From an uncultured beta proteobacterium (GTDB lineage: Bacteria > Pseudomonadota > Gammaproteobacteria > Burkholderiales > Casimicrobiaceae), in NCBI GenBank assembly GCA_963847585.1, contig CAWKAQ010000011.1, forward strand, positions 89,771 through 153,770: a DNA stretch of 64,000 nucleotides. Reading direction: 5' to 3'. Below are positions 44,395 through 55,828 of this stretch, piece after piece (positions within the stretch are counted from its first letter, which is position 1; the number at the start of each line of letters is the position of its first letter). The notes beneath the pieces were generated by a model. It ran no database searches. It saw only the letters and a list, made by a program, of their open reading frames with translations, and had not been told where the DNA came from. A program made the translations under genes and the position numbers.

Positions 44395-45717
44395 TTGGCC
44401 ACGACCAACCCGGCGCAGAAAAGCGGGAGCCGCTACGCGGACCTGAAAAAGCGCGTGCTGTTTCTGATCGGCGCGCTGATCGTCTATCGGATCGGCACGC
44501 ATATCCCCGTGCCGGGGATCAACGCGGCCATTCTCGACGAGCTGTTCCGCTCGCAACAGGGCGGCATCCTCGGGCTGTTCAACGTTTTCTCCGGCGGCGC
44601 ACTGCAGCGCTTCTCGATTTTCGCGCTGGGCATCATGCCGTACATCTCGGCGTCGATCATCATGCAGCTGTGCACGGTGGTCGTGCCGACGCTCGAGGCG
44701 CTGAAGAAGGAAGGCGAAGCGGGCCGGCGCAAGATCACGCAGTACACGCGCTACGCGACTCTGGGACTGGCGTTCTTCCAAGGGCTGGGCATCTCCATCG
44801 CCCTCGAGGCGCAGCAGGGGCTGGTCATCGAGCCCGGGCTCGCGTTCCGCTTCCTGTCGGCGACGACGCTGGTCACCGGCACGATGTTCCTGATGTGGCT
44901 TGGCGAGCAGATCACCGAGCGGGGCCTGGGCAACGGCATTTCACTGATCATCTTCGCCGGGATTGCGGCCGGCCTGCCGCGGGCGATAGGCCAGACGCTG
45001 GAGCAGGTCAACACCGGCGCCTATTCGGTGCTTCTGGTCCTCGGCATCGCGGTCCTGGTCATCGCGGTCACTGCCTTTGTCGTGTTCGTCGAAAAGGCAC
45101 TGCGCAAGATCCAGGTCAATTATGCGAAACGGCAGGTCGGCAACAAGGTCTATGCGGGCCAGCAGTCGTTCCTGCCGCTGAAGCTCAACATGGCCGGAGT
45201 GATTCCGCCGATCTTCGCCTCGTCGATCATCCTGTTCCCGGCGACGCTGGGGCAGTGGTTCGGCTCGAGCGAGAATACGATCTGGCTGCGCGACCTGGCG
45301 TCGACGCTGGCGCCCGGCCAGCCGGTGCACGAGATCCTGTACGCGGCGGCCATCATATTCTTCTGCTTCTTCTATACGGCGTTGCAGTACAACCCGAGGG
45401 AGACAGCGGACAACCTGAAGAAGAGCGGCGCGTTCATTCCCGGGTACCGGCCCGGCGAGCAGACGTCGAAGTACATCGAGAAGATCACGCTGCGGCTGAC
45501 TCTGATCGGTTCGCTCTACCTGGTCGTCGTGTGCTTCATCCCGAACTTCCTGATCGCGTGGAAGAACGTCCCGTTCTACTTCGGCGGCACGTCGCTGCTG
45601 ATCATCGTGGTGGTGACGATGGACTTCATGACCCAGGCCTACGCCTACATGATGTCGCAGCAATACGAGAGCCTGCTCAAGAAGGCGAACTTCAAGGGCG
45701 GCTTGCCCACGCGCTGA
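44395..45717 (+). CDS. secY: preprotein translocase subunit SecY
   Basis: Intact 440-aa ORF with TTG start. [45 protein letters not shown]. Confidence 0.95.
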   Translation: MATTNPAQKSGSRYADLKKRVLFLIGALIVYRIGTHIPVPGINAAILDELFRSQQGGILGLFNVFSGGALQRFSIFALGIMPYISASIIMQLCTVVVPTLEALKKEGEAGRRKITQYTRYATLGLAFFQGLGISIALEAQQGLVIEPGLAFRFLSATTLVTGTMFLMWLGEQITERGLGNGISLIIFAGIAAGLPRAIGQTLEQVNTGAYSVLLVLGIAVLVIAVTAFVVFVEKALRKIQVNYAKRQVGNKVYAGQQSFLPLKLNMAGVIPPIFASSIILFPATLGQWFGSSENTIWLRDLASTLAPGQPVHEILYAAAIIFFCFFYTALQYNPRETADNLKKSGAFIPGYRPGEQTSKYIEKITLRLTLIGSLYLVVVCFIPNFLIAWKNVPFYFGGTSLLIIVVVTMDFMTQAYAYMMSQQYESLLKKANFKGGLPTR

Positions 45718-45935
45718 TGTCAAAGGAAGAAACGATACAGATGCAGGGGGAAATCCTGGAGACGCTGCCCAACGCGACGTTCCGGGTGAAGCTGGAAAAC
45801 GGTCACGTAGTGCTGGGACACATCTCCGGCAAGATGCGGATGCACTACATAAAGATTTTGCCGGGCGACAAGGTGACGGTGGACCTGACGCCGTACGACC
45901 TGTCGCGGGCGCGGATCATTTTCCGCGCCAAATGA
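45717..45935 (+). CDS. infA: translation initiation factor IF-1
   Basis: [70 protein letters not shown]. Its ATG overlaps the secY TGA by 1 nt. Confidence 0.95.
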   Translation: MSKEETIQMQGEILETLPNATFRVKLENGHVVLGHISGKMRMHYIKILPGDKVTVDLTPYDLSRARIIFRAK

Positions 45936-46017
45936 TGCCCGGACCGGCAGGCAGGGTTCGGCAGCAGCGGAGATTTCAGCGGCGCGTTGATGCGCGACGA
46001 TTGACGGAGAAACGGCA

Positions 46018-46131
46018 ATGAAAGTACTGGCATCGGTGAAAAAGATCTGCCGCAACTGCAAGATCATCCGGCGCAACGGGGTGGTGCGAGTCATTTGCAC
46101 GGAACCGCGTCACAAGCAGCGTCAAGGTTAA
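46018..46131 (+). CDS. rpmJ: 50S ribosomal protein L36
   Basis: Read by hand, since it is below the ORF-track cutoff: [37 protein letters not shown], stop TAA. Confidence 0.92.
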   Translation: MKVLASVKKICRNCKIIRRNGVVRVICTEPRHKQRQG

Positions 46132-46156
46132 CGGATCAGAACGATAGGGTAGGCAT

Positions 46157-46561
46157 ATGGCCCGCATTGCAGGCGTCAACATTCCGAATCACCAGCACGC
46201 CGACGTCGCGCTGACGGCGATCTATGGCATCGGCCGGGCGCGCGCCCGGGCGATCTGCGTGGCCGCCGGCGTCGACGGCATGAAGAAGGTGAAGGACCTG
46301 TCCGACGCGCAAATGGACAAGCTGCGCGAGCTGGTCGGCCGGTACACGGTCGAGGGCGACCTGCGCCGCGAAGTGACGATGAGCATCAAGCGGCTGATGG
46401 ACCTGGGCTGCTACCGCGGCGTGCGGCACCGCAAGGGCCTCCCGGTACGCGGCCAGCGTACGCGCACCAACGCGCGCACACGCAAGGGTCCGCGCAAGGC
46501 GCGCCAATCGCAGATGACCAAGGGAACCGGCAAGCCCGCAGGCAAGCCCGCGCCCAAATAG
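46157..46561 (+). CDS. rpsM: 30S ribosomal protein S13
   Basis: [30 protein letters not shown]... It carries a short extra Lys/Pro/Gly tail ([14 protein letters not shown]). Confidence 0.95.
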   Translation: MARIAGVNIPNHQHADVALTAIYGIGRARARAICVAAGVDGMKKVKDLSDAQMDKLRELVGRYTVEGDLRREVTMSIKRLMDLGCYRGVRHRKGLPVRGQRTRTNARTRKGPRKARQSQMTKGTGKPAGKPAPK

Positions 46562-46611
46562 ACCCGGCGACCGGATTCTTCAGGAACGAGCAAGGAACAA
46601 GGAAATAGCGA

Positions 46612-47016
46612 ATGGCACAGGCACCAACCAAGACCGGCACCACGCGAGCGCGCAAGAAGGTGAAGAAAAGCGTATCCGAAGGGATAGCGCACATTCACGC
46701 GTCGTTCAACAACACGATCATCACGATCACCGACCGGCAGGGCAACGCGCTGTCGTGGGCGACGTCGGGCGGCGCCGGCTTCAAAGGCTCGCGCAAGTCG
46801 ACGCCGTTCGCCGCGCAGGTCGCCGCCGAATCCGCGGGCAAGGCGGCGCAGGAATGCGGCGTCAAGAACCTCGAGGTGAGGATCAAGGGGCCCGGACCCG
46901 GGCGCGAGTCCGCGGTGCGCGCGCTCAATGCGCTGGGACTGAAGATCACCAGCATTTCGGACGTGACGCCGGTGCCGCACAACGGCTGTCGTCCGCCGAA
47001 GCGCCGCCGTATCTGA
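46612..47016 (+). CDS. rpsK: 30S ribosomal protein S11
   Basis: ...[31 protein letters not shown]...[13 protein letters not shown]. Confidence 0.95.
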   Translation: MAQAPTKTGTTRARKKVKKSVSEGIAHIHASFNNTIITITDRQGNALSWATSGGAGFKGSRKSTPFAAQVAAESAGKAAQECGVKNLEVRIKGPGPGRESAVRALNALGLKITSISDVTPVPHNGCRPPKRRRI

Positions 47017-47078
47017 TGCTTTCGCGGATTGCGATCGCCCGATAACGAACATTCAATAGTGCAACTAGGATAGCAAAC

Positions 47079-47702
47079 GTGGCTCGATACCTCGGACCCA
47101 AATGTAAGCTGGCGCGAAGGGAAGGCACCGACCTTTTCCTGAAAAGCGCGCGTCGATCGCTCGACTCCAAGTGCAAGCTGGACTCCAAGCCGGGTCAACA
47201 TGGCGTGAAATCCGGCATGCGCCAATCGGACTACGGCAACCAGCTGCGCGAAAAGCAGAAGCTGCGGCGCACCTACGGCATCCTCGAGCGGCAATTCCGC
47301 CGCTATTTCACGATGGCGGCGCAGCGCAAGGGGTCGACCGGCGAAAATCTGCTGCAGCTTCTTGAGTCGCGGCTGGACAACGTCGTCTACCGGATGGGCT
47401 TCGGCTCGACCCGGGCCGAGGCGCGACAGCTGGTGTCGCACCGCGCGGTCGTCGTCAACGGAAAGATCGTGAACATCCCGTCGGCGCTGGTCAAGGCGAG
47501 CGACATCGTTGCGGTCAAGGAAGGCGCCAAGACGCAGCTGCGCATCGTCGATGCGTTGCAGCTCGCCGAGAAGATCGGATTTCCGTCGTGGGTCGAAGTC
47601 GACGTCAAGAAGATGGCGGGCACGTTCAAGGGTGCGCCGGACCGGTCCGAGTTCGGCCAGGACATCAACGAAAGTCTGGTCGTCGAGCTTTATTCGAAGT
47701 AA
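47079..47702 (+). CDS. rpsD: 30S ribosomal protein S4
   Basis: GTG start. [23 protein letters not shown]... 207 aa. Confidence 0.95.
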   Translation: MARYLGPKCKLARREGTDLFLKSARRSLDSKCKLDSKPGQHGVKSGMRQSDYGNQLREKQKLRRTYGILERQFRRYFTMAAQRKGSTGENLLQLLESRLDNVVYRMGFGSTRAEARQLVSHRAVVVNGKIVNIPSALVKASDIVAVKEGAKTQLRIVDALQLAEKIGFPSWVEVDVKKMAGTFKGAPDRSEFGQDINESLVVELYSK

Positions 47703-47753
47703 GCGGCACGGCATTTGGCCGGCATCGCTTAGGATTTGCCTTAAGGATTCCGC

Positions 47754-48732
47754 ATGCAGAGCAATGCTTTCTTGAAACCGCGCATCATCGATGTGCAGAG
47801 TACGTCGCCGTTCCACGCCAAGGTCGTGATGGAGCCGTTCGAGCGCGGCTACGGTCATACGCTGGGGAACGCGCTTCAGGCGCGTGCTCCTGTCGTCGAT
47901 GCCCGGCTACGCGCCGACCGAGGTCAAGATCACCGGCGTGCTGCACGAATATTCGGCGCTGGACGGAGTTCAGGAGGACGTCGTCGACGTGCTGCTGAAC
48001 CTCAAAGGCGTCGTGCTCAAGCTGCACAACCGCGACCACGTGACACTGAAGCTCGCGAAGACCGGCGAAGGCCCGGTGACCGCGGCCGACATCGAGCCGA
48101 ACCACGACGTCGAGATCATCAATCCCGAGCACCTGATCGCGCATCTGACCGCGGGCGGGAAGATCGAGATGGAGATCAAGGTCGAGAAAGGCCGCGGCTA
48201 TCAGCCGGCAACGGTCCGGACCAAGCCAGACGGCGGACGCAGCATCGGCAACATCCTGCTCGATGCCTCGTTTTCGCCGGTTCGCCGCGTCAGCTATGCG
48301 GTCGAGAGCGCGCGGGTCGAGCAGCGCACCGACCTGGACAAGCTGGTGATGGACATCGAGACCAACGGCGTGATCGAGCCCGAGCAGGCGATACGTTACG
48401 CGGCGAGCATCCTGGTCGAGCAGCTCGGCGTGTTCGCCGACCTGAAGGGCACCGAAGCGCCTACCGAGCAGCGTTCGATGCCGCAGGTCGATCCGATCCT
48501 GCTGCGTCCGGTCGACGATCTCGAGCTGACCGTGCGTTCGGCCAATTGCCTGAAGGCCGAGAACATCTACTACATCGGTGACCTGATCCAGCGCACCGAG
48601 ACCGAACTGCTGAAGACGCCGAATCTCGGCCGGAAGTCGCTGAACGAGATCAAGGAAGTGCTGGCTTCGCGCGGCCTTTCGCTCGGGATGAAGCTCGAGA
48701 ACTGGCCGCCGGCGAACCTCGACCGGCCGTAA
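47754..48732 (+). CDS. rpoA: DNA-directed RNA polymerase subunit alpha (+1 break at 47878)
   Basis: [41 protein letters not shown] / [26 protein letters not shown]... (ORF 47884..48732) with the C-terminal domain [22 protein letters not shown]. Confidence 0.93.
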
Positions 48733-48743
48733 GGGAAAAGATC

Positions 48744-49225
48744 ATGCGCCACCGCCACGGATTGCGTAAACTCAATCGCACCAGCAGCCACCGCCTCGCG
48801 ATGCTGCGCAACATGACCAATTCCCTGCTGACGCACGAAGTCATCAAGACGACGCTGCCGAAGGCGAAGGAATTGCGCCGCGTCGCCGAGCCGCTGATCA
48901 CGCTGGGCAAGACGCCGACGGTGGCGAACCGCCGCCTGGCGTTCAATCGGCTGCGCGACCGCGCCGTCGTCAGCAAGCTGTTCGACGAGCTCGGGCCGCG
49001 TTTCGCCAAGCGGCCGGGCGGTTATCTTCGCATCCTCAAGTACGGATTCCGCCAGGGCGACAACGCGCCGATGGCGCTGGTCGAGCTGGTCGACCGCGGT
49101 CGGAAGCCGACGCGGATGCCACCGTCGAGAACAAGGCCGCGGCACCCAAAGCCAAGGCTGCGGCGCCGAAGGCTGCGGCGCCCAAGGCCAAGGCATCGCG
49201 GGCCACTGCCAAGGCTGCCGCCTGA
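48744..49225 (+). CDS. rplQ: 50S ribosomal protein L17 with Ala/Lys/Pro-rich C-terminal tail (frame break near 49098-49102)
   Basis: [24 protein letters not shown]...[14 protein letters not shown]. The tail [41 protein letters not shown] then reads in frame 2 with TGA at 49223..49225, about 20 nt before a terminator. The listed frame instead gives an Arg/Pro-rich run-on to 49298. Confidence 0.85.
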
Positions 49226-49243
49226 ACGACGCCGACGAGAATT

Positions 49244-49272
49244 AAGCCGGGCTTTCGCGCCCGGCTTTTTTT
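49244..49272 (+). terminator. rho-independent terminator after rplQ
   Basis: GCCGGGC-TTTCGC-GCCCGGC stem-loop (49246..49265) followed by T7 (49266..49272). Confidence 0.8.
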
Positions 49273-49307
49273 CGCCCTGCGTCAGGCGGCTCGCGTAACA
49301 TAGTCTG

Positions 49308-50317
49308 ATGGCAGACACCGTCCTGGTCACCGGCGGTGCGGGCTATATCGGTTCGCACATCGTCGTCGAGCTCGCCCGCGTCGGCCATCAGCCGATCGTC
49401 GTCGACAATTTCTGCAACAGCTCGCCATCGGTGATCCCGCGCCTGCGTCGCATCACCGATCGGCACGATAACGTCCATCACGGCCGACGTGCGCGACAAG
49501 GCCGCCTTGTCGAGGATCTTTGCCGAGCACGCGATCGCGGCGGTCGTGCATTGCGCGGGATTGAAGGCGGTCGGCGAGGGCGAAGCGCAACCGCTGAGCT
49601 ACTACGACAACAACGTCGGCGGCGCCATCGCGCTGGTCGCGGCCATGGCGGACGCAGGCGTCAAGCGGATGGTGTTCAGCTCGTCGGCGGCCGTTTATGG
49701 TCAGCCGGACAAGAATCCGGTCACCGAAGACGCACCGTTGCGCCCGCAGAACGTCTACGGCCGCACCAAGCGCATCGTCGAGCAGCTGCTCGAGGACCTC
49801 GCCGCCGCCGATCGCTCATGGCGAATCGCGCTGCTGCGCTACTTCAATCCCGCCGGGGCGCACAGCAGCGCGGCAGATCGGCGAGGCGCCGTCGGGCAGG
49901 CCGAACAACCTCGTCCCTCTGCTGGCCGGCGTCGCCGCCGAAAAGCTCGCTGAAATCGCCATCTACGGCGACGACTGGCCGACGCCCGATGGGACCGGCG
50001 TGCGCGACTACATACACGTGATGGATCTGGCCGCGGGGCACGTAGCGGCTCTCGCCTATCTGGCCGCGACGCCGGGTGCCGTCGCGCTCAATCTGGGCAC
50101 CGGACGCGGCCATTCGGTACTCGAATTGATCGCCGCATTCGAACGTGCCTGCGGTCGGACGATACCGCGGCGGGTCGCGCCGCGCCGGCCCGGCGACGTC
50201 GCGACTTACTATGCCGATCCGGCGCGCGCCGAAGCGGTGCTGGGCGTGCGCGCGCGGCGCGACATCGATGCGATCTGCGCCGACGCGTGGCGATGGCAGC
50301 AGCGCTCCGGCGAGTGA
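49308..50317 (+). CDS. galE: UDP-glucose 4-epimerase (+1 breaks at about 49476 and 49873)
   Basis: VLVTGGAGYIGSH / ADVRDKAALSRIF...FSSSAAVYG...YGRTKRIVEQLL...LRYFNPAGAH / QIGEAPSGRPNNLVPLL...VRDYIHVMDLAAGH. The three successive frames join into one SDR-type epimerase. Confidence 0.85.
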
Positions 50318-50372
50318 GCCCCCGCATGCCGAGCCATGGCGCCCGCGGCATGGTCACGCGCGAAAACAAGCA

Positions 50373-50678
50373 GTGGAACGCTTCTACACCGCGCTGAATC
50401 GATTCGACGCCTACCTGTTGCTGCACCGGCTGCAGCATGCCGGCATCAGCGCGCACGTCTTCAACGAGCACGCGTCGAGCATCGTCGGCGAGGTTCCGCC
50501 GGACGTCGCCCAACCGCAGGTTTGGCTGGCGAACGAACGGGACCGCCCGCGCGCGGAAGCCGTGTTGGCCGCGCTGGCGCGCGAGCGCGGCCAATCGGGC
50601 AGCGTCTTCTGCCGCTCGTGCCACGAGGAAAATCCGGCGAACTTCGAGCTGTGCTGGCAGTGCGGCGCGAGTCTCTAG
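50373..50678 (+). CDS. DUF2007-like small protein with C-terminal zinc-ribbon (CxxC...CxxC)
   Basis: VERFYTALNRFDAYLLLHRLQHAGISAHVFNEH...VWLANERDRPRAEAVL then CRSCHEENPANFELCWQCG. GTG at 50373 is the first plausible start in this frame. The start is uncertain. Confidence 0.5.
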   Translation: MERFYTALNRFDAYLLLHRLQHAGISAHVFNEHASSIVGEVPPDVAQPQVWLANERDRPRAEAVLAALARERGQSGSVFCRSCHEENPANFELCWQCGASL

Positions 50679-50724
50679 CGCTTGCGCCCGGGCGTGGCAC
50701 GAACGCCGCGCCCGGAGTACGCGC

Positions 50725-51210
50725 CTACGCCGGCGGCTCGTCGTCGAGCAACGCGCGCGCGCGCGCCTCGACGGCGGGATCACGGGTCGGCGCCGAGGCG
50801 GACGCGCTCTGCCGCCGCCGCAAGACCTGCCACCACACCAGGCCGCCGCCGGCGAGCAGGGCAAACGGGCCGAACCACAACAGCCACGTCGTGCGCTTCA
50901 GCGGCGGGTCGTACAGCACGAAGTCGCCGTAGCGGGCGACAAGATAGTCGCGGATTTCGGCATCGTTCTTCCCGGCGAGGGCCTGCTCGCGCACTTCGCG
51001 GCGCAAATCGCTGGCGAGATCGGCGTTCGAATCGGCAAGCGTCTGATTCTGGCAGACCAGGCAGCGAAGCTCGGTTTCGAGCTTCTTGAGCCGCGCTTCG
51101 AGCGCCGCTGAGGGCGCGACCGGCGGCGCATCGGCCGCCTGCACAGCGCCGGCGATGATCGTGATCGCGATCGCCATCAGCCATGCGCCGATCGCTCCGC
51201 GCGCCATCAT
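50725..51210 (-). CDS. ccmH: cytochrome c-type biogenesis protein CcmH
   Basis: Signal peptide, then LRCLVCQNQTLADSNADLASDLRREV (the LRCxxC motif) and a C-terminal TM segment. Its ATG overlaps the ccmG TGA (ATGA at 51210..51207). Confidence 0.88.
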   Translation of the reverse strand: MMARGAIGAWLMAIAITIIAGAVQAADAPPVAPSAALEARLKKLETELRCLVCQNQTLADSNADLASDLRREVREQALAGKNDAEIRDYLVARYGDFVLYDPPLKRTTWLLWFGPFALLAGGGLVWWQVLRRRQSASASAPTRDPAVEARARALLDDEPPA

Positions 51211-51737
51211 TGCTGCAGCTGCCGGACCAGCGGAAGAATCTTCTGCTGCAGCGCCTCGACGGTCAGTGGTCCGATCTGCTTGTAGCGGACGACGCCTGCC
51301 TTGTCGATCAGGAATGTCTCGGGCACGCCGTACACGCCGTAGTCGATGCCGACCTTGCCGTCGCTGTCGACGATCGACGCGGTGTACGGATTCCCGTGCT
51401 GGGCGAGCCACGCGAGGGCGTCGCCGGCCTTGTCCTTGTAGTCGAGACCGTACACCGGGACGACGTTGGTCTTGGCAAGCTGCAGCAGCAGCGGATGCTC
51501 GACGCGGCAGGACACGCACCATGACGCCCAGACATTGAGCAGCCATACCTTGCCCTTGAGATCGTCGGACCCGAGCGTTTTTCCCGCATCGTGCAACTGC
51601 ACCAGTTGAAATGCCGGCGCGGGCTTGCCGATCAGCGGGGACGGCACCTCGTGCGGATCGCGTCCCAGTCCGACCCAGAGAAACGCGAGCAGGACGACGA
51701 AGACCGCCAGCGGTATCGACCACCGCAGCATCTTCAT
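51207..51737 (-). CDS. ccmG: thiol:disulfide interchange protein CcmG/DsbE
   Basis: MKMLRWSIPLAVFVVLLAFLWVGL..., thioredoxin motif WASWCVSCRVEHP, GVYGVPETFLID. A GTG at 51752 overlapping the ccmF stop is an alternative start. Confidence 0.9.
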   Translation of the reverse strand: MKMLRWSIPLAVFVVLLAFLWVGLGRDPHEVPSPLIGKPAPAFQLVQLHDAGKTLGSDDLKGKVWLLNVWASWCVSCRVEHPLLLQLAKTNVVPVYGLDYKDKAGDALAWLAQHGNPYTASIVDSDGKVGIDYGVYGVPETFLIDKAGVVRYKQIGPLTVEALQQKILPLVRQLQQ

Positions 51738-51748
51738 CGACGATACGG

Positions 51749-53740
51749 TCACTCGGCCGCCGCGATGCCGGCCAGCGCGCCAAGCCGCCGGCGCACCGCG
51801 AGGCGGTAGCGCCGATCGGAAACGGCGACAAAGCCGCCGAGCGCCATGACGAACGCGCCAAGCCAGATCCAGTCGACGAACGGTTTCAGATAGATGCGCA
51901 CACCCCACGCGCCGGCGGTCGCGCCGTCACCGCCGACCGCCTCGCCAAGCGAGACATAACGATCGCCGGAGAGTGCAGTATCGATCGCCGCGATGGTCAT
52001 CGTCTGGCCGGATGCGTTGTAAATGCGCTTTTCCGGATGCAGCGTCTCGATCAGGTGCCCGTCCCGGCGAACCTCGACGGTGCCGACCAGCGCCCGGTAA
52101 TTCGGGCCCGGCGCGGGCGTTACGCCGAGGAAAGCGAATTCGTACGGGCCGACGGCGACGCGCTGCCCGACGTCGAGCCGCACGTCGCGTTCGATCTCGT
52201 ACCCCTTGACCAGCGTGACGCCGACGATGAAAACGCCGACGCCGAAGTGCGCGAGCAGCATGCCGTAATAGGAGGGCGGATTCGCGGCGAGCCTCGCCCA
52301 CAGATTGCCGCGATGCGAGCCTTTGAGCCGCTGCCACAGATTGACCGCGGTGGTCGCGAACAGCCACAGCGCGAGAAACAGACCGACGGCGATCAGCGGC
52401 GACCAGCGCCCGAGCACGAACGGCAGCAGCAGCGCGCTGACCAGCGCGACCGCCAGCGCCCATTTGAGTCGTGCCGCAAGCTCGGGCACCGCGGCGCGGT
52501 TCCACCGCGCGATCGGACCCACACCCATCAGGAAGACGGCTGGCGCCAGCAACGGGTAGAACACCGCTTCGAAGTACGGCGGCCCGACCGAAATCTTGCC
52601 CAGGTCGAGCGCGTCGAGGAACAGCGGGTAGAGCGTTCCGAGCAGCACGCTCGCCATCGCGACGATCAGCACGATGTTGTTGGCGAGCAGCATCGACTCG
52701 CGCGAAACCAGCGCGAACGAGCCGCCGAGCCCGACGCTGCCGGCGCGCCAGGCGAACAGTGCCAGCGAGCCGCCGATCACGATCGCCAGAAAGGCGAGGA
52801 TGAACACGCCGCGCGCCGGATCGGTCGCGAAGGCGTGCACCGAGGTGAGCACGCCGGAGCGCACCAGGAAGGTCCCGAGCAGCGACAGCGAAAAGGCAAG
52901 GATTGCGAGCAGCACCGTCCAGCTGCGGAAGGCGCCGCGCTTCTCCGTAACGGCCAGCGAATGGATCAGCGCGGTGCCGGTGAGCCAGGGCATGAACGAT
53001 GCGTTCTCGACCGGGTCCCAGAACCACCATCCGCCCCAGCCGAGCGTGTAGTAGGCCCAGCCGCTGCCCAGCGCGATGCCGGTCGTGAGAAACGCCCACG
53101 CGACCGTCGTCCAGGGTCGCGACCAGCGCGCCCAGGTCGCATCGAGACGGCCGCCGATCAGCGCCGCCAATGCGAACGCGAACGCGACCGAAAAACCGAC
53201 ATAGCCCATGTACAGCAGCGGCGGATGGAACACCATGCCGGGATCCTGCAACAGCGGATTCAGATCGCGCCCTTCGGGTGCGGGCGGGATCAGCCGGGCG
53301 AACGGGTTCGAGGTGAACAGCAGGAACAGCAGGAAGCCGACGCTGATCAAGCCCATCACCGACAGCACGCGCGCGGCCAGCGCGTCAGGAAGATTGCGCG
53401 AAAAGGCCGACACGGCGCAGCTCCAGCCGGTGAGCATCAGGGCCCACAGCAACAGCGATCCTTCGTGCGAGCCCCAGGTTGCCGCGATGCGGTAGTGCAA
53501 TGGCAATTCCGAGTTCGAGTTGGAGGCGACGTTCTGCACCGAAAAATCGTTGGTTGCGAACGACCATGCGAGACACGCGAACGCGACGGCGACAAGCACG
53601 AATTGCATCCGCGCCGCCGGCCGCGCCAGCGCCATCATCCGCTGGCGGTTGAGCGCGGCGCCCAGCATCGGGACGATGCCCTGCGTTGCGGCGACCAGCA
53701 GCGCCAGGATCAGTGCGAAATGGCCGAGCTCTGGGATCAT
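51749..53740 (-). CDS. ccmF: cytochrome c heme lyase subunit CcmF
   Basis: Intact 663-aa [18 protein letters not shown]..., [11 protein letters not shown], and the Trp-rich motif [12 protein letters not shown]. Confidence 0.95.
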   Translation of the reverse strand: MIPELGHFALILALLVAATQGIVPMLGAALNRQRMMALARPAARMQFVLVAVAFACLAWSFATNDFSVQNVASNSNSELPLHYRIAATWGSHEGSLLLWALMLTGWSCAVSAFSRNLPDALAARVLSVMGLISVGFLLFLLFTSNPFARLIPPAPEGRDLNPLLQDPGMVFHPPLLYMGYVGFSVAFAFALAALIGGRLDATWARWSRPWTTVAWAFLTTGIALGSGWAYYTLGWGGWWFWDPVENASFMPWLTGTALIHSLAVTEKRGAFRSWTVLLAILAFSLSLLGTFLVRSGVLTSVHAFATDPARGVFILAFLAIVIGGSLALFAWRAGSVGLGGSFALVSRESMLLANNIVLIVAMASVLLGTLYPLFLDALDLGKISVGPPYFEAVFYPLLAPAVFLMGVGPIARWNRAAVPELAARLKWALAVALVSALLLPFVLGRWSPLIAVGLFLALWLFATTAVNLWQRLKGSHRGNLWARLAANPPSYYGMLLAHFGVGVFIVGVTLVKGYEIERDVRLDVGQRVAVGPYEFAFLGVTPAPGPNYRALVGTVEVRRDGHLIETLHPEKRIYNASGQTMTIAAIDTALSGDRYVSLGEAVGGDGATAGAWGVRIYLKPFVDWIWLGAFVMALGGFVAVSDRRYRLAVRRRLGALAGIAAAE

Positions 53741-54204
53741 CTGTCCGCCTTTGTCTCGTGCAGGCTCGGCATCGTCATTCCCTGCCTCGCTTTGTCGATT
53801 GCCGCCTGTGCCTGCGGCGGCATGTAGTTGGCATCGTGCTTGGCAAGCACTTCGGTAGCGTGGAAGCTGCCATCGGCCGCCAGCGATCCCTGCGCGACGA
53901 CGCCTTTGCCCTCCTTGAACAGGTCGGGAAGGAGGCCCGTGTAGCTGACCGGTATCGTGCGCGCGGTATCGGTCACACGGAAGTGCACGGTCAGGCTGTC
54001 GCGGTCGCGGGTGAGACTGCCTGCCTCGACCATGCCGCCGATGCGAAACGGGCGGCCGCGCGGTGCTTCGTTGGCAGCGACCTGCGACGGCGTGAAGAAG
54101 AACACGAGATTGGACTGGAACGCGTTGAGCACCAGCGCAGTGGCGACGCCGAGCAGCGCGAGCCCGCCCGCGATCCAGCCGAAGCGGCGCGTCCGCGGCT
54201 TCAC
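53737..54204 (-). CDS. ccmE: heme chaperone CcmE
   Basis: GTG at 54204. [29 protein letters not shown]...FFFTPSQV...[11 protein letters not shown]...[13 protein letters not shown] (the heme-binding His region). Its TGA overlaps the ccmF ATG. Confidence 0.9.
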   Translation of the reverse strand: MKPRTRRFGWIAGGLALLGVATALVLNAFQSNLVFFFTPSQVAANEAPRGRPFRIGGMVEAGSLTRDRDSLTVHFRVTDTARTIPVSYTGLLPDLFKEGKGVVAQGSLAADGSFHATEVLAKHDANYMPPQAQAAIDKARQGMTMPSLHETKADR

Positions 54205-54360
54205 TGCGAAGGCTCCCGGCCGCCGGCCGCGCGTCGCGCCGCGCGCGAGACGCGCACGGACCAGGACGAGTTCGGCGGCGATCGCCAGTGCGCAGGCCGC
54301 GTACGAGCCCCAGACGTAGAATCCGTACCCGCCCATGGAGAAGAATTCGGCGATGCTCAT
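54201..54360 (-). CDS. ccmD: heme exporter protein CcmD (3' end unresolved; reads in frame into ccmE)
   Basis: [34 protein letters not shown] is the typical CcmD. Its ATG overlaps the ccmC TGA. As written there is no stop before ccmE. A TGA at 54203..54201 (GTGA with the ccmE start) is reached only after a +1 shift in the last ~30 nt. Confidence 0.75.
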
Positions 54361-55101
54361 CGCGCGGCCTTGGCTGCGAGCGCGACCTCGCCCGCCCATC
54401 CGGCGTGGCGCTCGCGTTCGAGGATTATCGCGCGCACGCGGGTCAGCGCGATGGCGATGGAATAGAACCAGGCGGCCAGCGCCATCAGCAGCATGCCGGC
54501 CAGCATCACCGCGGCCATCGTCGGTGCCGACGTCAGGCTGACGCTCGCTCCCTGGTGCAGCGTGTTCCACCATTTCACCGAGAAATAGATGATAGGGACG
54601 TTGACCGCGCCGACCAGCGCCAGCAGCGCGCTGGCGCGATCGGCGCGGCGCGGCTCGTCGATCGCCTGGCGCAGTGCCATGTAGCCGAAGTAGAGGAACA
54701 GCAGGATGAGCTCCGAGGTCATTCGCGCGTCCCAGGCCCAGTAGGTGCCCCAGGTGGGCTTGCCCCAAAGCGCGCCGGTGATCAGCGCCAGGGCGGTGAA
54801 CAGCGCGCCGGTCGGGGCCAGCGCCTGCGCCATCATCGCCGCCAGGCGGGCATTGAACATCAGCGACATCGCGCACCAGAAGGCCATCACCAGGTAGATG
54901 AACATCGACATCCACGCCGTCGCCACGTGCACGAATATGATCCGGTACGCGTCGCCCTGTTGCGCGTCGGTCGGCGCTGCGATCAGCCCGAGATAGAGTC
55001 CCGCCGCCGCAAACACCGCCGCGGCGCCGCCGAACCACGGCGTGAGGCGCGCAGCCAGCGGAAAGAACGACGCCGGTGACGCGAAATCGGAACCAGTTCA
55101 A
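54357..55101 (-). CDS. ccmC: heme exporter protein CcmC (+1 break at about 55083)
   Basis: TTG start 8 nt after GGAGG (MNWFRF), then [33 protein letters not shown]...[19 protein letters not shown] and the WWD motif [15 protein letters not shown] (ORF 54357..55016). Confidence 0.88.
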
Positions 55102-55117
55102 CGAAGCTTCCTCCCGA

Positions 55118-55828
55118 TCAATCGAGCGCCATGCGCACCGCGGCCGCAGCGGCGAGCGTCGCGCCGACCAGCGAAGCCATCAGCGCGGCTGCGAGCAGCG
55201 ACAGCTCGGCCGTGGCGCCCAGGCCCGTGCGCACCGTATCGACCGCGCCTGCGCCGAAAATCAGGACCGGAACGTATAGCGGCAGGACCAGCAGCGCCAG
55301 CAGCGCGCCGTTGCGCAAGCCCAGCGTCAACGCGGCGCCGACGGCGCCCATCAGCGACAGAGTCGGCGTTCCCAGCAACAGGCCGAGCGCCAGCACGGTG
55401 AGCTCGTCGCGCCCGAGGCCGAATTGCAGTCCCAGCAGCGGCGAGGCCGCCACCAGCGGCAGGCCGGTTGCGAGCCAGTGCGCCGCTATTTTACCGGAGA
55501 TCAGGGCCGGCAGCGGATACGGCGACAACGCCATCTGCTCGAGCGTGCCATCGGCGAAATCCATCGCGAACAGGCGCGGCAGCGCGAGCAGCGAGGCCAG
55601 CAGTGCGGCGATCCAGAGCACGCCCGGCCCCAGCGCACGAAGCAGCGCCGGGTCGGGACCGACGCCGAGCGGAACGAGGGCGACGACCATCACGTAGAAC
55701 AGCAGCTGCACGCCGAGCTCGGCCTTCGAGCGCAGTGCGAGGCGCAAATCGCGCCGCATCGCCCACGCCACTCCGTGCCACGCACCGGGCGGCGAGGGCG
55801 CTTGCGCCTGTGCTTCCACTGCCGTCAT
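55118..55828 (-). CDS. ccmB: heme exporter membrane protein CcmB
   Basis: MTAVEAQAQ...[27 protein letters not shown]...[11 protein letters not shown]... Its ATG overlaps the ccmA TGA (ATGA at 55828..55825). Confidence 0.9.
   Translation of the reverse strand: MTAVEAQAQAPSPPGAWHGVAWAMRRDLRLALRSKAELGVQLLFYVMVVALVPLGVGPDPALLRALGPGVLWIAALLASLLALPRLFAMDFADGTLEQMALSPYPLPALISGKIAAHWLATGLPLVAASPLLGLQFGLGRDELTVLALGLLLGTPTLSLMGAVGAALTLGLRNGALLALLVLPLYVPVLIFGAGAVDTVRTGLGATAELSLLAAALMASLVGATLAAAAAVRMALD

Noticed and set aside
51611-53827. A 738-aa plus-strand ORF opposite ccmF/ccmG, and a 434-aa ORF (5787..7091) opposite pstS.
   Set aside because: Same reasoning: extreme Arg/Asp/Gln/Pro composition and antisense position relative to well-supported genes carrying diagnostic motifs.
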